64,000 bases of DNA. Source: Felis catus (lineage: Eukaryota). The notes beneath the pieces were generated by a model that made no database searches, was not told the DNA's origin, and worked only from the letters and a program-made list of their open reading frames with translations. The first letter of the stretch is position 1. Each line of letters begins with the position of its first letter. A program made the position numbers and the translations under genes. Location of the stretch: positions 27,902,001 through 27,966,000 of the forward strand of contig NC_058383.1 of the NCBI RefSeq assembly GCF_018350175.1, written 5' to 3'. Below are positions 36,869-49,962 of the stretch, in pieces.

Positions 36869-39800
36869 ATGACTCTAAACCCGTATCTTTCTATAATAAC
36901 ACTGAATGTAAATGGACTAAATGCGCCAACCAAAAGACACAGGGTATCAGAAAGGATAAAAAAACAAGACCCATCTATTTGCTGTCTACAAGAGACTCAT
37001 TTTAGACCTGAGGATACCTTCAGATCGAGAGTGAGGGGATGGAGAACTATTTATCATGCCACTGGAAGCCAAAAGAAAGCTGGACCAGCCATACTTATAG
37101 CAGACAAACTAGACTTTAAAGGCTGTAACAAGAGATAAAGAAGGGCATTATATAATAATTACAGGGTCTATCGATCAAGAAGAGCTAACAATTATAAATG
37201 TCTATGCGTCGCATATGGGAGCCCCCAAATATATAAAACAATTACTCATAAACATAAGCAACCTTATTGATAAGAATGTGGTAATTGCAGGGGACTTTAA
37301 CACCCCACTTACAGAAGTGGAGAGATCATCTAGATACACGGTCAATAAAGAAACAAGGGCCCTGAATGATACATTGGATCAGATGGACTTTACAGATATA
37401 TTTAGAACTCTGTATCCCAAAGCAACAGAATATACTTTCTTCTCGAGTGCACATGGAACATTCTCCAAGATAGATCATATACTGGGTCACAAAACAGTCC
37501 TTCATAAGTATACAAGAATTGAAATTATACCATGCCTACTTTCAGACCACAATGCTATGAAGCTTGAAATCAACCACAGGAAAAAGTCTGGAAAACCTCC
37601 AAAAGCATGGAGGTTAAAGAACACCCTACTAACAAATGAGTGGGTCAACCAGGCAATTAGAGAAGAAATTAAAAAATATATGGAAACAAACGAAAATGAA
37701 AATACAACAATCCAAACGCTTTGGGACGCAGCGAAGGCAGTCCTGAGAGGAAAATACATTGCAATCCAGGCCTATCTCAAGAAACAAGAAAAATCCCAAA
37801 TACAAAATCTAACAGCACACCTAAAGGAACTAGAAGCAGAACAGCAAAGGCAGCCTAAACCCAGCAGAAGAAGAGAAATAATAAAGATCAGAGCAGAAAT
37901 AAACAATATAGAATCTAAAAAAAACTGTAGAGCAGATCAATGAAACCTAGAGTTGGTTTTTTTGAAAAAATAAACAAAATTGACAAACCTCTAGCCAGGC
38001 TTCTCAAAAAGAAAAGGGAGATGACCCAAATAGATAAAATCAGGAATGAAAATGGAATTAGTACAACCAATCTCTCAGAGGTACAAACAATTATCAGGTA
38101 ATACTATGAAAAATTATATGCCAACAAATTGGACAACCTGGAAGAAATGGACAAATTCCTAAACACCCACACTCTTCCCAAATTCAATCAGGAGGAAATA
38201 GAAAGCTTGAACAGACCCATAACCAGCAAAGAAATTGAATCGGTTATCAAAAATCTCCCAAAAAATAAGAGTCCAGGACCAGATGGCTTCCCAGGGGAGT
38301 TTTACCAGACGTTTAAAGCAGAGATAATACCTATCCTTCTCAACCTATTCCAAGAAATAGAAAGGGAAAGAACACTTCCAGACTCATTCTATGAAGCCAG
38401 TATTACTTTGATTCCTAAACCAGAGACCCAGTAAAAAAAGAGAACTACAGGCCAATATCCCTGATGAATATGGATGCAAAAATTCTCAATAAGATACTAG
38501 CAAATCGAATTCAACAGCATATAAAAAGAATTATTCACCATGATCAAGTGGGATTCATTCCTGGGATGCAGGGCTGGTTCAACATTCGCAAATCAATCAA
38601 CATAATACATCACATTAATAAAAGAAAAGATAAGAACCATATGATCCTGTCAATTGATGCAGAAAAGGCATTTTACAAAATTCAGCACATTTCTTAATAA
38701 AACCCTTGAGAAAGTCGGGATAGAAGGAACATACTTAAACATCAAAAAAGCCATTTATGAAAAGCCCACAGCTAACATCATCCTCAATGGAGAAAAACTG
38801 AGAGCTTTTTCCCTGAGATCAGGAACACGTCAGGGATGCCCACTCTCACCGCTGTTGTTTAACATAGTGTTGGAAGTGCTAGCATCAGCAATCAGACAAC
38901 AAAAGGAAATCAAAGGCATCAAAATTGGCAAAGATGAAGTCAAGCTTTCACTCTTTGCAGATGACATGATACTATACATGGAAAATCCGATAGACTCCAC
39001 CAAAAGTCTGCTAGAACTGATACATGAATTCAGCAAAGTTGCAGGATACAAAATCAATGTACAGAAATCAGTTGCATTCTTATACACTAACAATGAAGCA
39101 ACAGAAAGACAAATAAAGAAACTGATCCCATTCACAATTGCACCAAGAAGCATAAAATACCTAGGAATAAATCTAACCAAAGATGTAAAAGATCTGTATG
39201 CTGAAAACTATAGAAAGCTTATGAAGGTAATTGAAGAAGATATAAAGAAATGGAAAGACATTCCCTGCTCATGGATTGGAAGAATAAATATTGTCAAAAT
39301 GTCAATACTACCCAAAGCTATCTACACATTCAGTGCAATCCCAATCAAAATTGCACCAGCATTCTCCTCGAAACTAGAACAAGCAATCCTAAAATTCATA
39401 TGGACCACAAAAGGCCCCGAATAGCCAAAGTAATTTTGAAGAAGAAGACCAAAGCAGGAGGCATCAAAATCCCAGACTTTAGCCTCTACTACAAAGCTGT
39501 CATCATCAAGACAGCATGGTATTGGCACAAAAACAGACACATAGACCAATGGAATAGAATAGAAACCCCAGAACTAGACCCACAAATGTATGGCCAACTA
39601 ATCTTTGACAAAGCAGGAAAGAACATCCAATGGAAAAAAGACAGTCTCTTTAACAAATGGTGCTGGGAGAACTGGACAGCAACATGCAGAAGGTTGAAAC
39701 TAGACCACTTTCTCACACCATTCACAAAAATAAACTCAAAATGGATAAAGGACCTGAATGTGAGACAGGAAACCATCAAAACCTTAGAGGAGAAAGCAGG

Positions 39801-40683
39801 AAAAGACCTCTCTGACCTCAGCCGTAGCAATCTCTTACTCGACACATCCCCAAAGGCAAGGGAATTAAAAGCAAAAATGAACTACTGGGACCTTATGAAG
39901 ATAAAAAGCTTCCGCACAGCAAAGGAAACAACCAACAAAACTAAAAGGCAATCAACGGAATGGGAAAAGATATTTGCAAATGACATATCGGACAAAGGGC
40001 TAGTATCCAAAATCTATAAAGAGCTCACCAAACTCCACACCCGAAAAACAAATAACCCAGTGAAGAAATGGGCAGAAAACATGAATAGACCCTTCTCTAA
40101 AGAAGACATCCCAATGGCCAACAGGCACATGAAAAGATGCTCAACGTCGCTCCTCATCAGGGAAATACAAATCAAAACCACACTCAGATATCACCTCACG
40201 CCAGTCAGAGTGGCCAAAATGAACAAATCAGGAGACTATAGATGCTGGAGAGGATGTGGAGAAACGGGAACCCTCTTGCACCGTTGGTGGGAATGCAAAT
40301 TGGTGGAGCCACTCTGGAAAACAGTATGGAGGTTCCTCAGAAAATTAAAAACAGACCTACCCTATGACCCAGCAATAGCACTGCTAGGAATTTACCCAAG
40401 GGATACAGGAGTACTGACTCATAGGGGCACTTGTACCCCAATGTTGATAGCAGCACTCTCGACAATAGCCAAATTATGGAAAGAGCCTAAATGTCCATCA
40501 ACTGATGAATGGATAAAGAAATTGTGGTTTATATACACAATGGAGTACTACGTGGCAATGGGAAATAACGAAATATGGCCCTTTGTAGCAACGTGGATGG
40601 AAATGGAGAGTGTGATGCTAAGTGAAATAAGCCATACAGAAAAAGACAGATACCATATGTTTGCACTCTTATGTGGATCCTGA
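36869..40683 (+). pseudogene. L1 ORF2p (endonuclease-reverse transcriptase), multiple frameshifts and stops
   Basis: SIITLNVNGLN, CCLQETH, GDFNTPL, SDHN (APE endonuclease); [21 protein letters not shown] (RT); CWRGCGE...H..WEC; broken into six ORF-track pieces. Confidence 0.96.
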
Positions 40684-40930
40684 GAAACTTAACAGAAACC
40701 CATAGGGGAGGGGAAGGAAAAAAAAAAAAAAAAAGAGGTTAGAGTGGGAGAGAGCCAAAGCACAAGAGACTGTTAAAAACTGAGAACAAACTGAGGGTTG
40801 ATGGGGGGTGGGAGGGAGGGGAGGGTGGGTGATGGGTATTGAGGAGGGCACCTTTTGGGATGAGCACTGGGTGTTGTATGGAAACCAATTTGACAATAAA
40901 TTTTATATATTGAAGAAAAAGAGAAAAAAA

Positions 40931-41040
40931 AAGATTCTCTCTCTCTCCCTCTGCCCCTCTCCTCTGCTCATGTTCTCTCTCTCTTTTTTTCTCTCTCTCT
41001 CTCTGAAATAAAAACAAAGCAAAAAATAAAGAAAGAAAGA
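40931..41040 (+). mobile_element. Can-SINE, 3' half (split by L1)
   Basis: AAGATTCTCTCTCTCTCCCTCTGCCCCTC...(CT)n AAATAAAA tail continues the SINE from 34852. Confidence 0.9.
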
Positions 41041-43400
41041 ATAACACCGTATTATGGGACTTACAGCTATCTCAGCATAAAACAAAATAAAACAAAATTA
41101 TTGGACATAGTGTAATTATATCATAGTATAGTTTTTACAGTGCTTGTGAAGTGGTTGAATATTACTTGACAGTATGCAGTGAAGAAGTAAATTCTAATCT
41201 TCACAACGATTTAAAAAGTTACAAGAGGTATAATCTACCTATCCACACAGGAGATAAAATATAATATTTAAAAATATACCATTTTCTTCTTGTCTTCCCA
41301 AAAGAAGACAAGAGTAAAAAAGAAGCAAACAACAAATAAAATAAATATAAAACTAATACCAATATGGGAGACATAAGTCTAACCATGTCACTAATTACAT
41401 TAAATGTAAATGAACTAAACACTATAATTAAAAGGCAGAGATTCTAAAATTCGATATAAAAAGGAAGACCTGGGGGAGCCAGGGTGGCTCAAAGGGTTAA
41501 GCGTCCGACTTCAGCTCAGGTCATGATCTCATGGTTCATGAGTTTAAGTCCTGTATTAGGTTCTCTGCTGTCAGCACAGAGCCCACTTCAGATCCTCTGT
41601 CTCCCTCTCTGCCCCCCCCCCCACCAACTTGTGCATAGGCTCTCTCACATGCTCTCTCTCTCTCTCAAAAATAAGTAAACATTTTTAAAAATTAAATAAA
41701 TAAATAAAGAGCAAGACCCAATTATATGCTGTTTTCAAGAAAGATAAATTCATTATACAGATACAGACAGGTAAAAAATAAAAGGAAAGAAAAAATATAC
41801 CATGAAAGCATGAAAAGTAAGAAATATGATATGACTTTGTTAACATCAAAGTAGCCTTTAAGACAAAGGGTATTACTGCAAATTAAGAGGGACATTTCAA
41901 AATGATAAAAGGACCAATTTATAAAGAAGACAAACAATAACAAATTCATACCTACCTGACAAAATAGTTCTAAATCTCATGAAGAAGTAAAAAAAGAAAG
42001 AAATCCACAGTCATAGCTGGAGAATGTATACCCTCTCCCAGTCATTGACAGAACAAGTACACAAAGCATTCAGTGAAGATAAAATTTGAACAACACTTTA
42101 GCAACCAATAATATTATAGGATATCAGGCCTAACTCCTGCAGAAAACACATTCTTTTAAAGTGAATGTGGAACATTTAGAAAAATAGCTCACATTTGGAG
42201 CCACATAATGAATTTTAATTATTATCAAGGAATGAAATCATACACAGGAACACTACAGTATGAAATCAGAAATCATTAAAAATGGAATTTCTAGAAATTC
42301 TCACAAGCATGGGAAATAAACAAATAAACTTTCCTAAATAATCCATAGATTAAAGAAGGAATCACAAAAGAAATCAGAAAATATTTTAAAGTGAATAATA
42401 ATGAAAACACAACAAATCAAAATCTGTGGGATAAAACTAAAGCAGCGCTTAAAGAAAAATTTATGGCTTGAAATACGTATATTAGAGAAGAAATGTAGAG
42501 AAACAATAATCTACTCTTCCATTGTAGGTAAAGTAAGTAGAAGGAAAAAATACTAAAGTGTAAATACAAACTCTTAACAATAATAAAAAACACACAAACA
42601 AAAGACAGAAAGAGAAAGCAAACACAAATTATCAACATCAAGAATGAAAATAAAACACCACTACAGATCCTACAGATATTTTTAAAAGATAAAGAAATAT
42701 TAAAACAACGTTATGGCAATCACTCAATACCTTAAGTTAGCTAATGAAACCACAAATTATGAACTCTGAAAGTAAAGAAAATAAATAACCCTGTATCCAT
42801 TTAAAAATGTTTCATTTGTAATAAAAACCTTCCCACGAAGAAAACTTCAAATTCAGAAACAGTTAAGACCAGCATAAACCTGATACCAAAGTCTGACAAA
42901 GAAATTACAAGAATTGAAAATAACAGGCCAATAAATCTCATGAAGATAGACACAAAAAGTCTAAAGAAAACATTAACAAATGGAATCCAGCAATATATAT
43001 AAAAAGGATAATACATCATGACCAAGGAGCATTTATTCCAAGAAAGCAAGGTTAGTTTAACATGAAAATCAGTATTACATTAACAGAGTAAAAGAGAAAT
43101 AATCTGATCACCTCAAAATGTGCAGAAAAAGCATCTGACAAAAATCATCAGTCTTTAAGATAAAAATATTCAATGAACTAGGAATAGATGGGAACATCTT
43201 CAATTTGATAAAGTACATATACGAAAAACCTACAGTCAATATCATAATTAATGGTAAAACATTAATCCTTTTTCTCCTGAAACCAGAAACAAGAAAGGAT
43301 GACCACTCTCATCATCTGTGTTCAATATTTACTGAAGCTCCTAGCCAGGACAAAAGCAAGTAAAAGAAACAAAAGGCATAAAGTTTGAAAAGAAGTAAAC
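41041..43400 (+). mobile_element. Ancient L1M, continuation (inter-ORF and decayed ORF2 EN-RT)
   Basis: CTAATTACATTAAATGTAAATGAACTAAAC (ITLNVN-like), ATGCTGTTTTCAAGAAA, GCAGAAAAAGCATCTGACAAAA, GAAAAACCTACAGTCAATATCATA. Confidence 0.8.
41472..41707 (+). mobile_element. Can-SINE inside old L1 ORF2
   Basis: Head GGGGAGCCAGGGTGGCTCA; flanking AAGACC repeats. Confidence 0.93.
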
Positions 43401-43688
43401 TGTTGTTAATTACACAAAGATTTCTTTAAACCCCTGAAGTAGAACCAATGTCCAAAAAATAATGTATTCTTTGAATAAAATTTGGTGAATTCATTTAATA
43501 GACTATCTTCTAGTAATTGAGAATAAAATTCTATAAAGACTGTTCATAAGAGGAGAAAATGTTTGTTACAACCAGCTGTAAAAGATGTATGGAAATATGG
43601 ACTCATTATTAGATGACTGTAAGGAATTGTTTAATTTTGTTAGAAGTGATGGTGAAACAAGGTTATAAAATTTTTAAAAAGGCATTTT

Positions 43689-43888
43689 GGGGACACATGG
43701 GTGGCTTAAGTCAGTTGAACATCAGACTCTTGATTTCAGCTCAAGTCTTGATCCCAGAGTCATGCGGTTAAGCCCCATGCCAGGCTCTGCACTAAGGGTA
43801 GAGCCTGCTTGAGAGTCTCTCTCCCTCTGTCCCTACCCCATTCACTCATGCATATGCACTTGCTCGCTCGCTCTCTCTAAAAGAAAAA

Positions 43889-43925
<37 letters not shown>

Positions 43926-43930
43926 AAAAG
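43689..43930 (+). mobile_element. Can-SINE with (GA)n tail
   Basis: GGGGACACATGGGTGGCTTAAGTCAG head and body. Confidence 0.9.
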
Positions 43931-45200
43931 AACGACATTGCCAAATATCATCTGAGTGGGTCAAAATCATCCTCAGTTGAGTACCACTGTTTTAGGGTTA
44001 AATATGATGTGTGTAACTTATTTTAAAACATTTCAGGAGTCAAAAAGCACAGACAAAAGAAATAAAACATGTATTAGTGTTAATTCCAAGTGATGAATTT
44101 ATGGTGTTTATTATACTATTCTATCTCCTTTTCAGTATGTTTGAGTTTCATAATAGAAATCAAAATAGGTGTAATATTGCATAAGTGGAAAATGCAATAC
44201 TCGCAATTGTGTATGCATTACGATTACAAATATGTAAAATTATGGATAGAAAAATACACAGGGAAATTTATCAAAGTGGTTGTAGATGAATTAAAGTGTG
44301 GTTTATGGGTGATTTCCTTTCCCAAATTTTAAAGTAATCTATAATTATATGTTTTTCTATTGCAAAAAATTGACAAATCTAAGAGTGTTGAAATGCAATA
44401 TTATTAATTATTAGTGCTCTAATATTAGAAGAGAATTAGCAGTAAACACAGCAGGGACAGAAAACTTTCAGACTTGGAATCTCTCCTCCTTCTCTGAAAA
44501 GAAATCATCTAAAGGCACAATGGCTTTGAATGGGCATACATCTGCATAATGACTTTCCTTTGTTCTTTCCTGGCTGGCTAATTGAGTAACGTGTTAAACA
44601 AACATGCCTTCAGACTTCACACCAGATTAGAGCCCTTTGTAAATAAAATTATAGTTGGGAATAGGCTTCCCCTAGCTGGTAAATAAATTTAGGAATTTAG
44701 AGATTTGGTATTGCATGTCAAGATGTGTAAGTAAATCTCAAATTCTCCCACAGTTACAAGTAACCGCCAAGCATCATCAGATGTCACAGTTCATAAAGGC
44801 TGTCTCACCCCCTGAAGCAGAGCCACCTCTAATCAAAATGTCCCACCAGAGAAGTAGCCCCTTTCTCTCCTACCATTACGTGCATGTGGGTGGTCATGAT
44901 GTTGTGCGTGGCAGGGGTGCTGCCTGGTTTCTATGACAACAAGCCTATAAAACCGCTTAGGATTCTGTGGCAAAAGTCGCTTTTTCCTGAATGCATGCAT
45001 TTATCCATGTCTCCCTTTAAAATGAGTGCCTCCTAGGGTGCCAGGCACTTTTCTAATCACTGATGTTACAATAGAGAACAAAACAAAAATCCCTGCCCTC
45101 ACAGAGCTTACTTTTTAGTGTATTCTTATTTAAATTTCCCTAAGATCCCAACCTGCAGAGGAAGGATCCTGGGTATCTTTAATCAAGAGTTCAGATGTTT

Positions 45201-45436
45201 GGAAAGCAAAAATGAACTTTATTGGGACCTCATCAAGATAAAAAGCTTCTGCAGGGGCGCCTGGGTGGCTCAATCGGTTAAGCATCCCACTTCAGCTCAG
45301 GTCATGATCTCGCAGTTTGTGGGTTCGAGCCCCATGTCAGGCTCTACGGGGTCAGCTCCAGCTCAGAGCCTGGAGCCTGCTTCGGACTCTGTCTCTCCCT
45401 CTCTCTCGGCCCCTCCCCACCTGTGCTTGCTCCCAT

Positions 45437-45495
<59 letters not shown>

Positions 45496-46204
45496 AATAA
45501 ATAAAAACAAAGAAATTTTTTAAAATATCTTTTTTAAAAAAAAAAGCTTCTGCATAGCAAAGGAGCAAAGGAAACAATCAGCAAAACTAAAAGGCAATGG
45601 ACAGAATGGGAGAAGATATTTGCAAATGAAATATCAGATAAAAGGTTAGTATCCAAAATCTATAAAGAATTTATCAAACTCAACACCCAAAAAACAAATA
45701 ATCCAGTGAAGAAATGGGCAAAAGACAGGAATAGACACTTTTCCAAAGAAGACATCCGGATGGCTAACAGACACATGAAAAAAATGCTCAACATCACTCG
45801 TCATCAGGGAAATACAAATCAAAACCACAATGAGATACTACCTCACACCTGTCAGAATGGCTAACATTAACAACTCAAGCAACAACAGATGTTGGCGAGG
45901 ATATGGAGAAAGAGAAATCCTTTTGCACTGCTGGTGGGAATGCAAACTGGTGCAGCCACTCTGGAAAATAGTATGGAGATTCCCTAAAAAACTAAAAATA
46001 GAACTATCCTACAACCCAGCAATGGCTCCACTAGGCATTTATCCAAGGGATACAGGAGTGCTGTTTCTAAGGGGCTCATGCACCCCACTGTTTATAGCAG
46101 CACTATCAACAATAGCCAAAGTATGGAAAAACCTCAAATGTCCATCGATGGATGAATGAATAAAGAAGATGTGGTGTGTGTGCATTCACACATGCGCACG
46201 CGCG

Positions 46205-46251
<47 letters not shown>

Positions 46252-46662
46252 GAATATTACCTGGCGATCAAAAAGCATGACATCTTGCTATTTGCAACAA
46301 CATGGATGGAACTAGAGTGTATCACACTAAGTGAAATAAGTCACTCAGTGAAAGGCAAATATAACTTCACTCATATGTGGAATTTAAGATACAAAACAGA
46401 TGAACTTAAGGGAAGGGAAGGAAAAATAATATAAAAATAGAGAGGGAGACAAACGATAAGAGACTCCTAAAACAGAGAAGGTTGCTGGAAAGGTGTTGGG
46501 TGGGGGGATGGGCTAAATGGGCAAGGGGCATTGAGAAGGGCACTTGTTGGGATAATCACTGGGTGTTGCATGTAAGTGATGAACCACTAATTTCTATTCC
46601 TGAAATCATTATCATACTATACATCAACCAGGATGCAAATTAAAAAAAAATAAAAAACAGAA
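45201..46662 (+). mobile_element. 5'-truncated carnivore L1 (ORF2 C-terminus and 3'UTR)
   Basis: [10 protein letters not shown]...[14 protein letters not shown]; decayed TSD AAGAGT..AG.TGTTT at 45185 and 46663. Confidence 0.93.
45254..45541 (+). mobile_element. Can-SINE inside L1
   Basis: TSD AAAAGCTTCTGCA at 45241-45253 and 45542-45554. Confidence 0.96.
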
Positions 46663-47299
46663 AAGAGTGAAGTTGTTTCGGCAGTGTGTGTATTCTCCAC
46701 GTAAGGATGAAAGTCATTTCATTTTGTACTCATCACACAGCATTGATCTTGGGCCGTTTTAGGAGGAGCTGACCAGGAAGTGAACCTTGAAGCTTTCAGA
46801 CCAGAATCGTATCTACCTAAGAGATGAAGAAGCTGAACGTGGTCACACTGTCATGAGAAGGGAGCTGCCTGCTCTGGGGAATAAATGTCCCACCCACCAT
46901 GTCTTCCATCTTGTGGGACAGCCGGATCCTGACTCGTAACACGCACGTCAAGGGAACAAGAAGTGGGAGTACAGGAGCCTTCCAAGACAGGCTTCCTCAG
47001 TCTGAGTAAAAGCCCTGCCACTTACCAGCTGTGTTCTCCTGAACAACACGCTCAACTCCCCGGCCTCAATTTCCTCATCCATAAAGCGAGGATACCAAAA
47101 GTACTCCACAGACTTGTCATGAGAGGTGAGAGGAATGTTTCATGGAAAGCAGAAGTACAGTGCCTGTACTGCTCAACAAATGTTAGTTACTCCCCACTAA
47201 TATAGGAGAAAATAGGATAGCATCAGTAATATAATATGATATGATACAATGCTGGTTAGTTATGCGTCATTATGGTCTTAGTTACTCACCCAGAATCCC

Positions 47300-47520
47300 T
47301 AGTTACATGCTGAGCACCCACTATGTGTCAGGCACCATGCTAACTGCTGTCTATATGTTCTCCATTAATCCTCCCGGCAGCCTATGATGGAAATACTATC
47401 ATCCCCATTGTACAGGTGAGGATACCCAGCTCAGGTGAAGCAACCCACCTAAGGCCACACAGCGATGAGTAGCATAGTCAAGATCCAAACCCAGGCCCAT
47501 CTCACTTGAAATTCCATGCC
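47300..47520 (-). mobile_element. MIR SINE
   Basis: TGAGCACCCACTATGTGTCAGGCACCATGCTAA...ATCCCCATTGTACAGGTGAGG. Confidence 0.75.
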
Positions 47521-47647
47521 GTCTTCCCAACACAGCCCAGCTTCCCCATCTTTTGTCTTCCCAGTGATGCAATTATCCCAAGCTTTCATCTTACCATGTT
47601 CTTTAAACAACTACCATTCAGACATTTTTTTTTAACTGGCAACTAGG

Positions 47648-47999
47648 TGTCTTAGTCCATTCAGGCTGCTATAACAAAACACCAGAGGCTGGGTGGCTAA
47701 CAATTATTTCTCATAGTTCTGGAGGCTAAGAAGTCTAAGATCAGGTTCTGGCAGATTTGGTGTCTTGTGAGAGCCCACTTCCTAGTTCACAGTCATCTTC
47801 TCACGGAGTCTTCACATGGTAGAAAGGGGGAAGGGGTTCTCTGGGTGCCTTCGATAAGGGCACTAACCCCATTCACGAGAGCTCCACCCTCATGACCTAA
47901 TCACCTCCCAAAGGCCCCACTTACGAATACCATCACACTGGAGCTTAGGTTTCAACATATGAGCGGCAGGGCGGGGGGAGAGGCAAACTATCTGACAGC
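47648..47999 (-). mobile_element. MLT1A-like solo LTR
   Basis: TGTCTTAGTCCATTCAGGCTGCTATAACAAAA...TAATCACCTCCCAAAGGCCCCAC...TTTCAACATATGA. Confidence 0.85.
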
Positions 48000-49962
48000 T
48001 CATGCTCATTGCTAAATCAGCACCCCCAGCATCTCCGGACCGGACCTTTGGGCACTGTCAGAATCACAAATGCACTCACCCTTCAATTCAGCAATTCTAC
48101 TTTGAAAAATTTATCCTACGGGTGCTCATGTACCCATGCAAAATGACATACGTGCATGTTACTCATTGCAACATGGTCTGTAACAGAAAAAGACTGGAAC
48201 TAACCTAAAACGTCCATAGAGAGGGGAAAAATTAACTAAAGCATGATATATCTATACAACAGAAAAATATGTCATTATAAATAAGAAGAAAGAACTCTTT
48301 CTATCCCGATATGGAAAGATAAGCAAGATGTATTATAAGTAAAAAAGGCAGGATACTGAACTGTGTCATAAAATAAGAATATATACACATTTGTATTTGC
48401 TTCTATATGCCTGAAATTCTACGAAGATAAATAAACTACTGACAATGGCTGCCTGTGAAGAGGGGGTGTCAGAAGTGGGAGGGACATTCTTCACTGTATA
48501 CCTTGGCATACTCTTATTTTTAAACATTTGAATCATGTGAATCAGCTGCCTATTCAAAAAGAAGAAAGAATTTTTAAAAATGGTTTAAAAGCATCATATT
48601 GGGAATCAGGAATCCAAACAATAGGGAAAACTTGTACAACTTACTTTATCTCCATCAGCCTTAGTTCCTTCATCTCAGCAAAACCTCCAAACCCTGAAAT
48701 ACTATTACCTAATAAGAGCATCATGCTTTCCATCATTGCTACCATTAATTAAATGCCTACTACAAGCCCTAAAAACACAGCTAGTATGTGGTAAAGTTAG
48801 AATGTGAACCCAGGTCTCTCTGGATGCCAGGCCTGTGTTTTGACCCCGTGGTTTGCTGCCGCCAATCAAACCAATCGATCTTGTTGCTGCCCCTTCCACA
48901 AATGCCATCCACAAGTTACCTTCCCAGCACTGTCAACTTCCACCAGGCCTGGCCCTCACTCATTTCCAATCACCCTTTATCCACCATAGCGTTGGAAATG
49001 AACTGTTACTAATGGCTACTCATATGTCAGCCTAATGAATGGGATGCAGACTTCCATTAAAATAATGAAATTAGTGAGTTTCGAATTTGGTTACATTGCA
49101 TGGCACACAGCCTCAAGTAATTACCACCCCACGCTCTTTCCCTCAAATTAAAGTCAGTTTATTTATTTTAGGTCTTTGGCTGGGCCATCTCTATTAAGTT
49201 CACATCATCTACATGGGGATGGATTTTTTTTTTTTTTGGCTTGTTTGTTTAAATGATGTTCAGGCTGTTCCCCTGATTAATAAAGTCATAAACACAGCCA
49301 GCAGCAGCTTCTGAACTGTGCAAAAGCAAAGACTATAAGTCAAAGAATAATTCTTTAGGGGTTTGGGTTTTGTTTGTTTGGTGTGGTTTTTTTTTTTTTT
49401 CTCCAAAGGATGGAAACAATGAGACAGAAGCTCTTTGAGCTCCAGGAACTCCAATTATGCTGACATTTCTGCGGCAGAAATACACCAAGATCCGTTTTGC
49501 AGGAACCCAGTGAACTAGCTAATCAGATTTCCTTGGATAATTTGCTCCAAAGGTCAGCTGCCTTAAAAAGTACCCAGTGCCTCATTATTCGGTGAAGCAG
49601 GCTGTACACAGGCTAGGATTTGGAACTCTGCATCCCATGGCAAGCAAGTAGATCTGGAATTTTTTAGCACAGATCCTGCTGCACTGGCCTTGGCCAAAAT
49701 TTCATCCAACTTTGTGATGAACCTACAGGCAAAAAATACCTTCAGAGAAAGCACCTGATTTGTGAGATCTCGGTTTCCAAGAGGCACCAAAGATGGTGGA
49801 TTCACCTGGAACTTCGATGCCGTTGGTAAATTTCAAGAGAGGTTTTCATTGATGTGGCAGGTAGGTGGCCAGACCTTGGTTAAAATCTCCAAATCCAATT
49901 CTACAAAACTCCTCAGATACGGTACTCCTCAAAACTATTGAGATCATGAAAACAAAAACAAA

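Larger units (their letters stand above)
35027..40930 (+). mobile_element. Full-length felid LINE-1, inactivated
   Basis: GC/CpG-rich 5'UTR, ORF1, ORF2 (EN, RT, C-terminal domain), G-rich 3'UTR, AATAAA 40895-40900, A tail, TSD starting AAGAT. Confidence 0.98.

Noticed and set aside
39250..40683. 477-aa ORF, the longest in the window
   Set aside because: Frameshifted C-terminal part of L1 ORF2, not a cellular gene.
49563..49725. Possible minus-strand exon after TTTTTTGCCTGTAG reading FITKLDEILAKASAAG
   Set aside because: Weak donor, peptide not recognised, no partner exons found.
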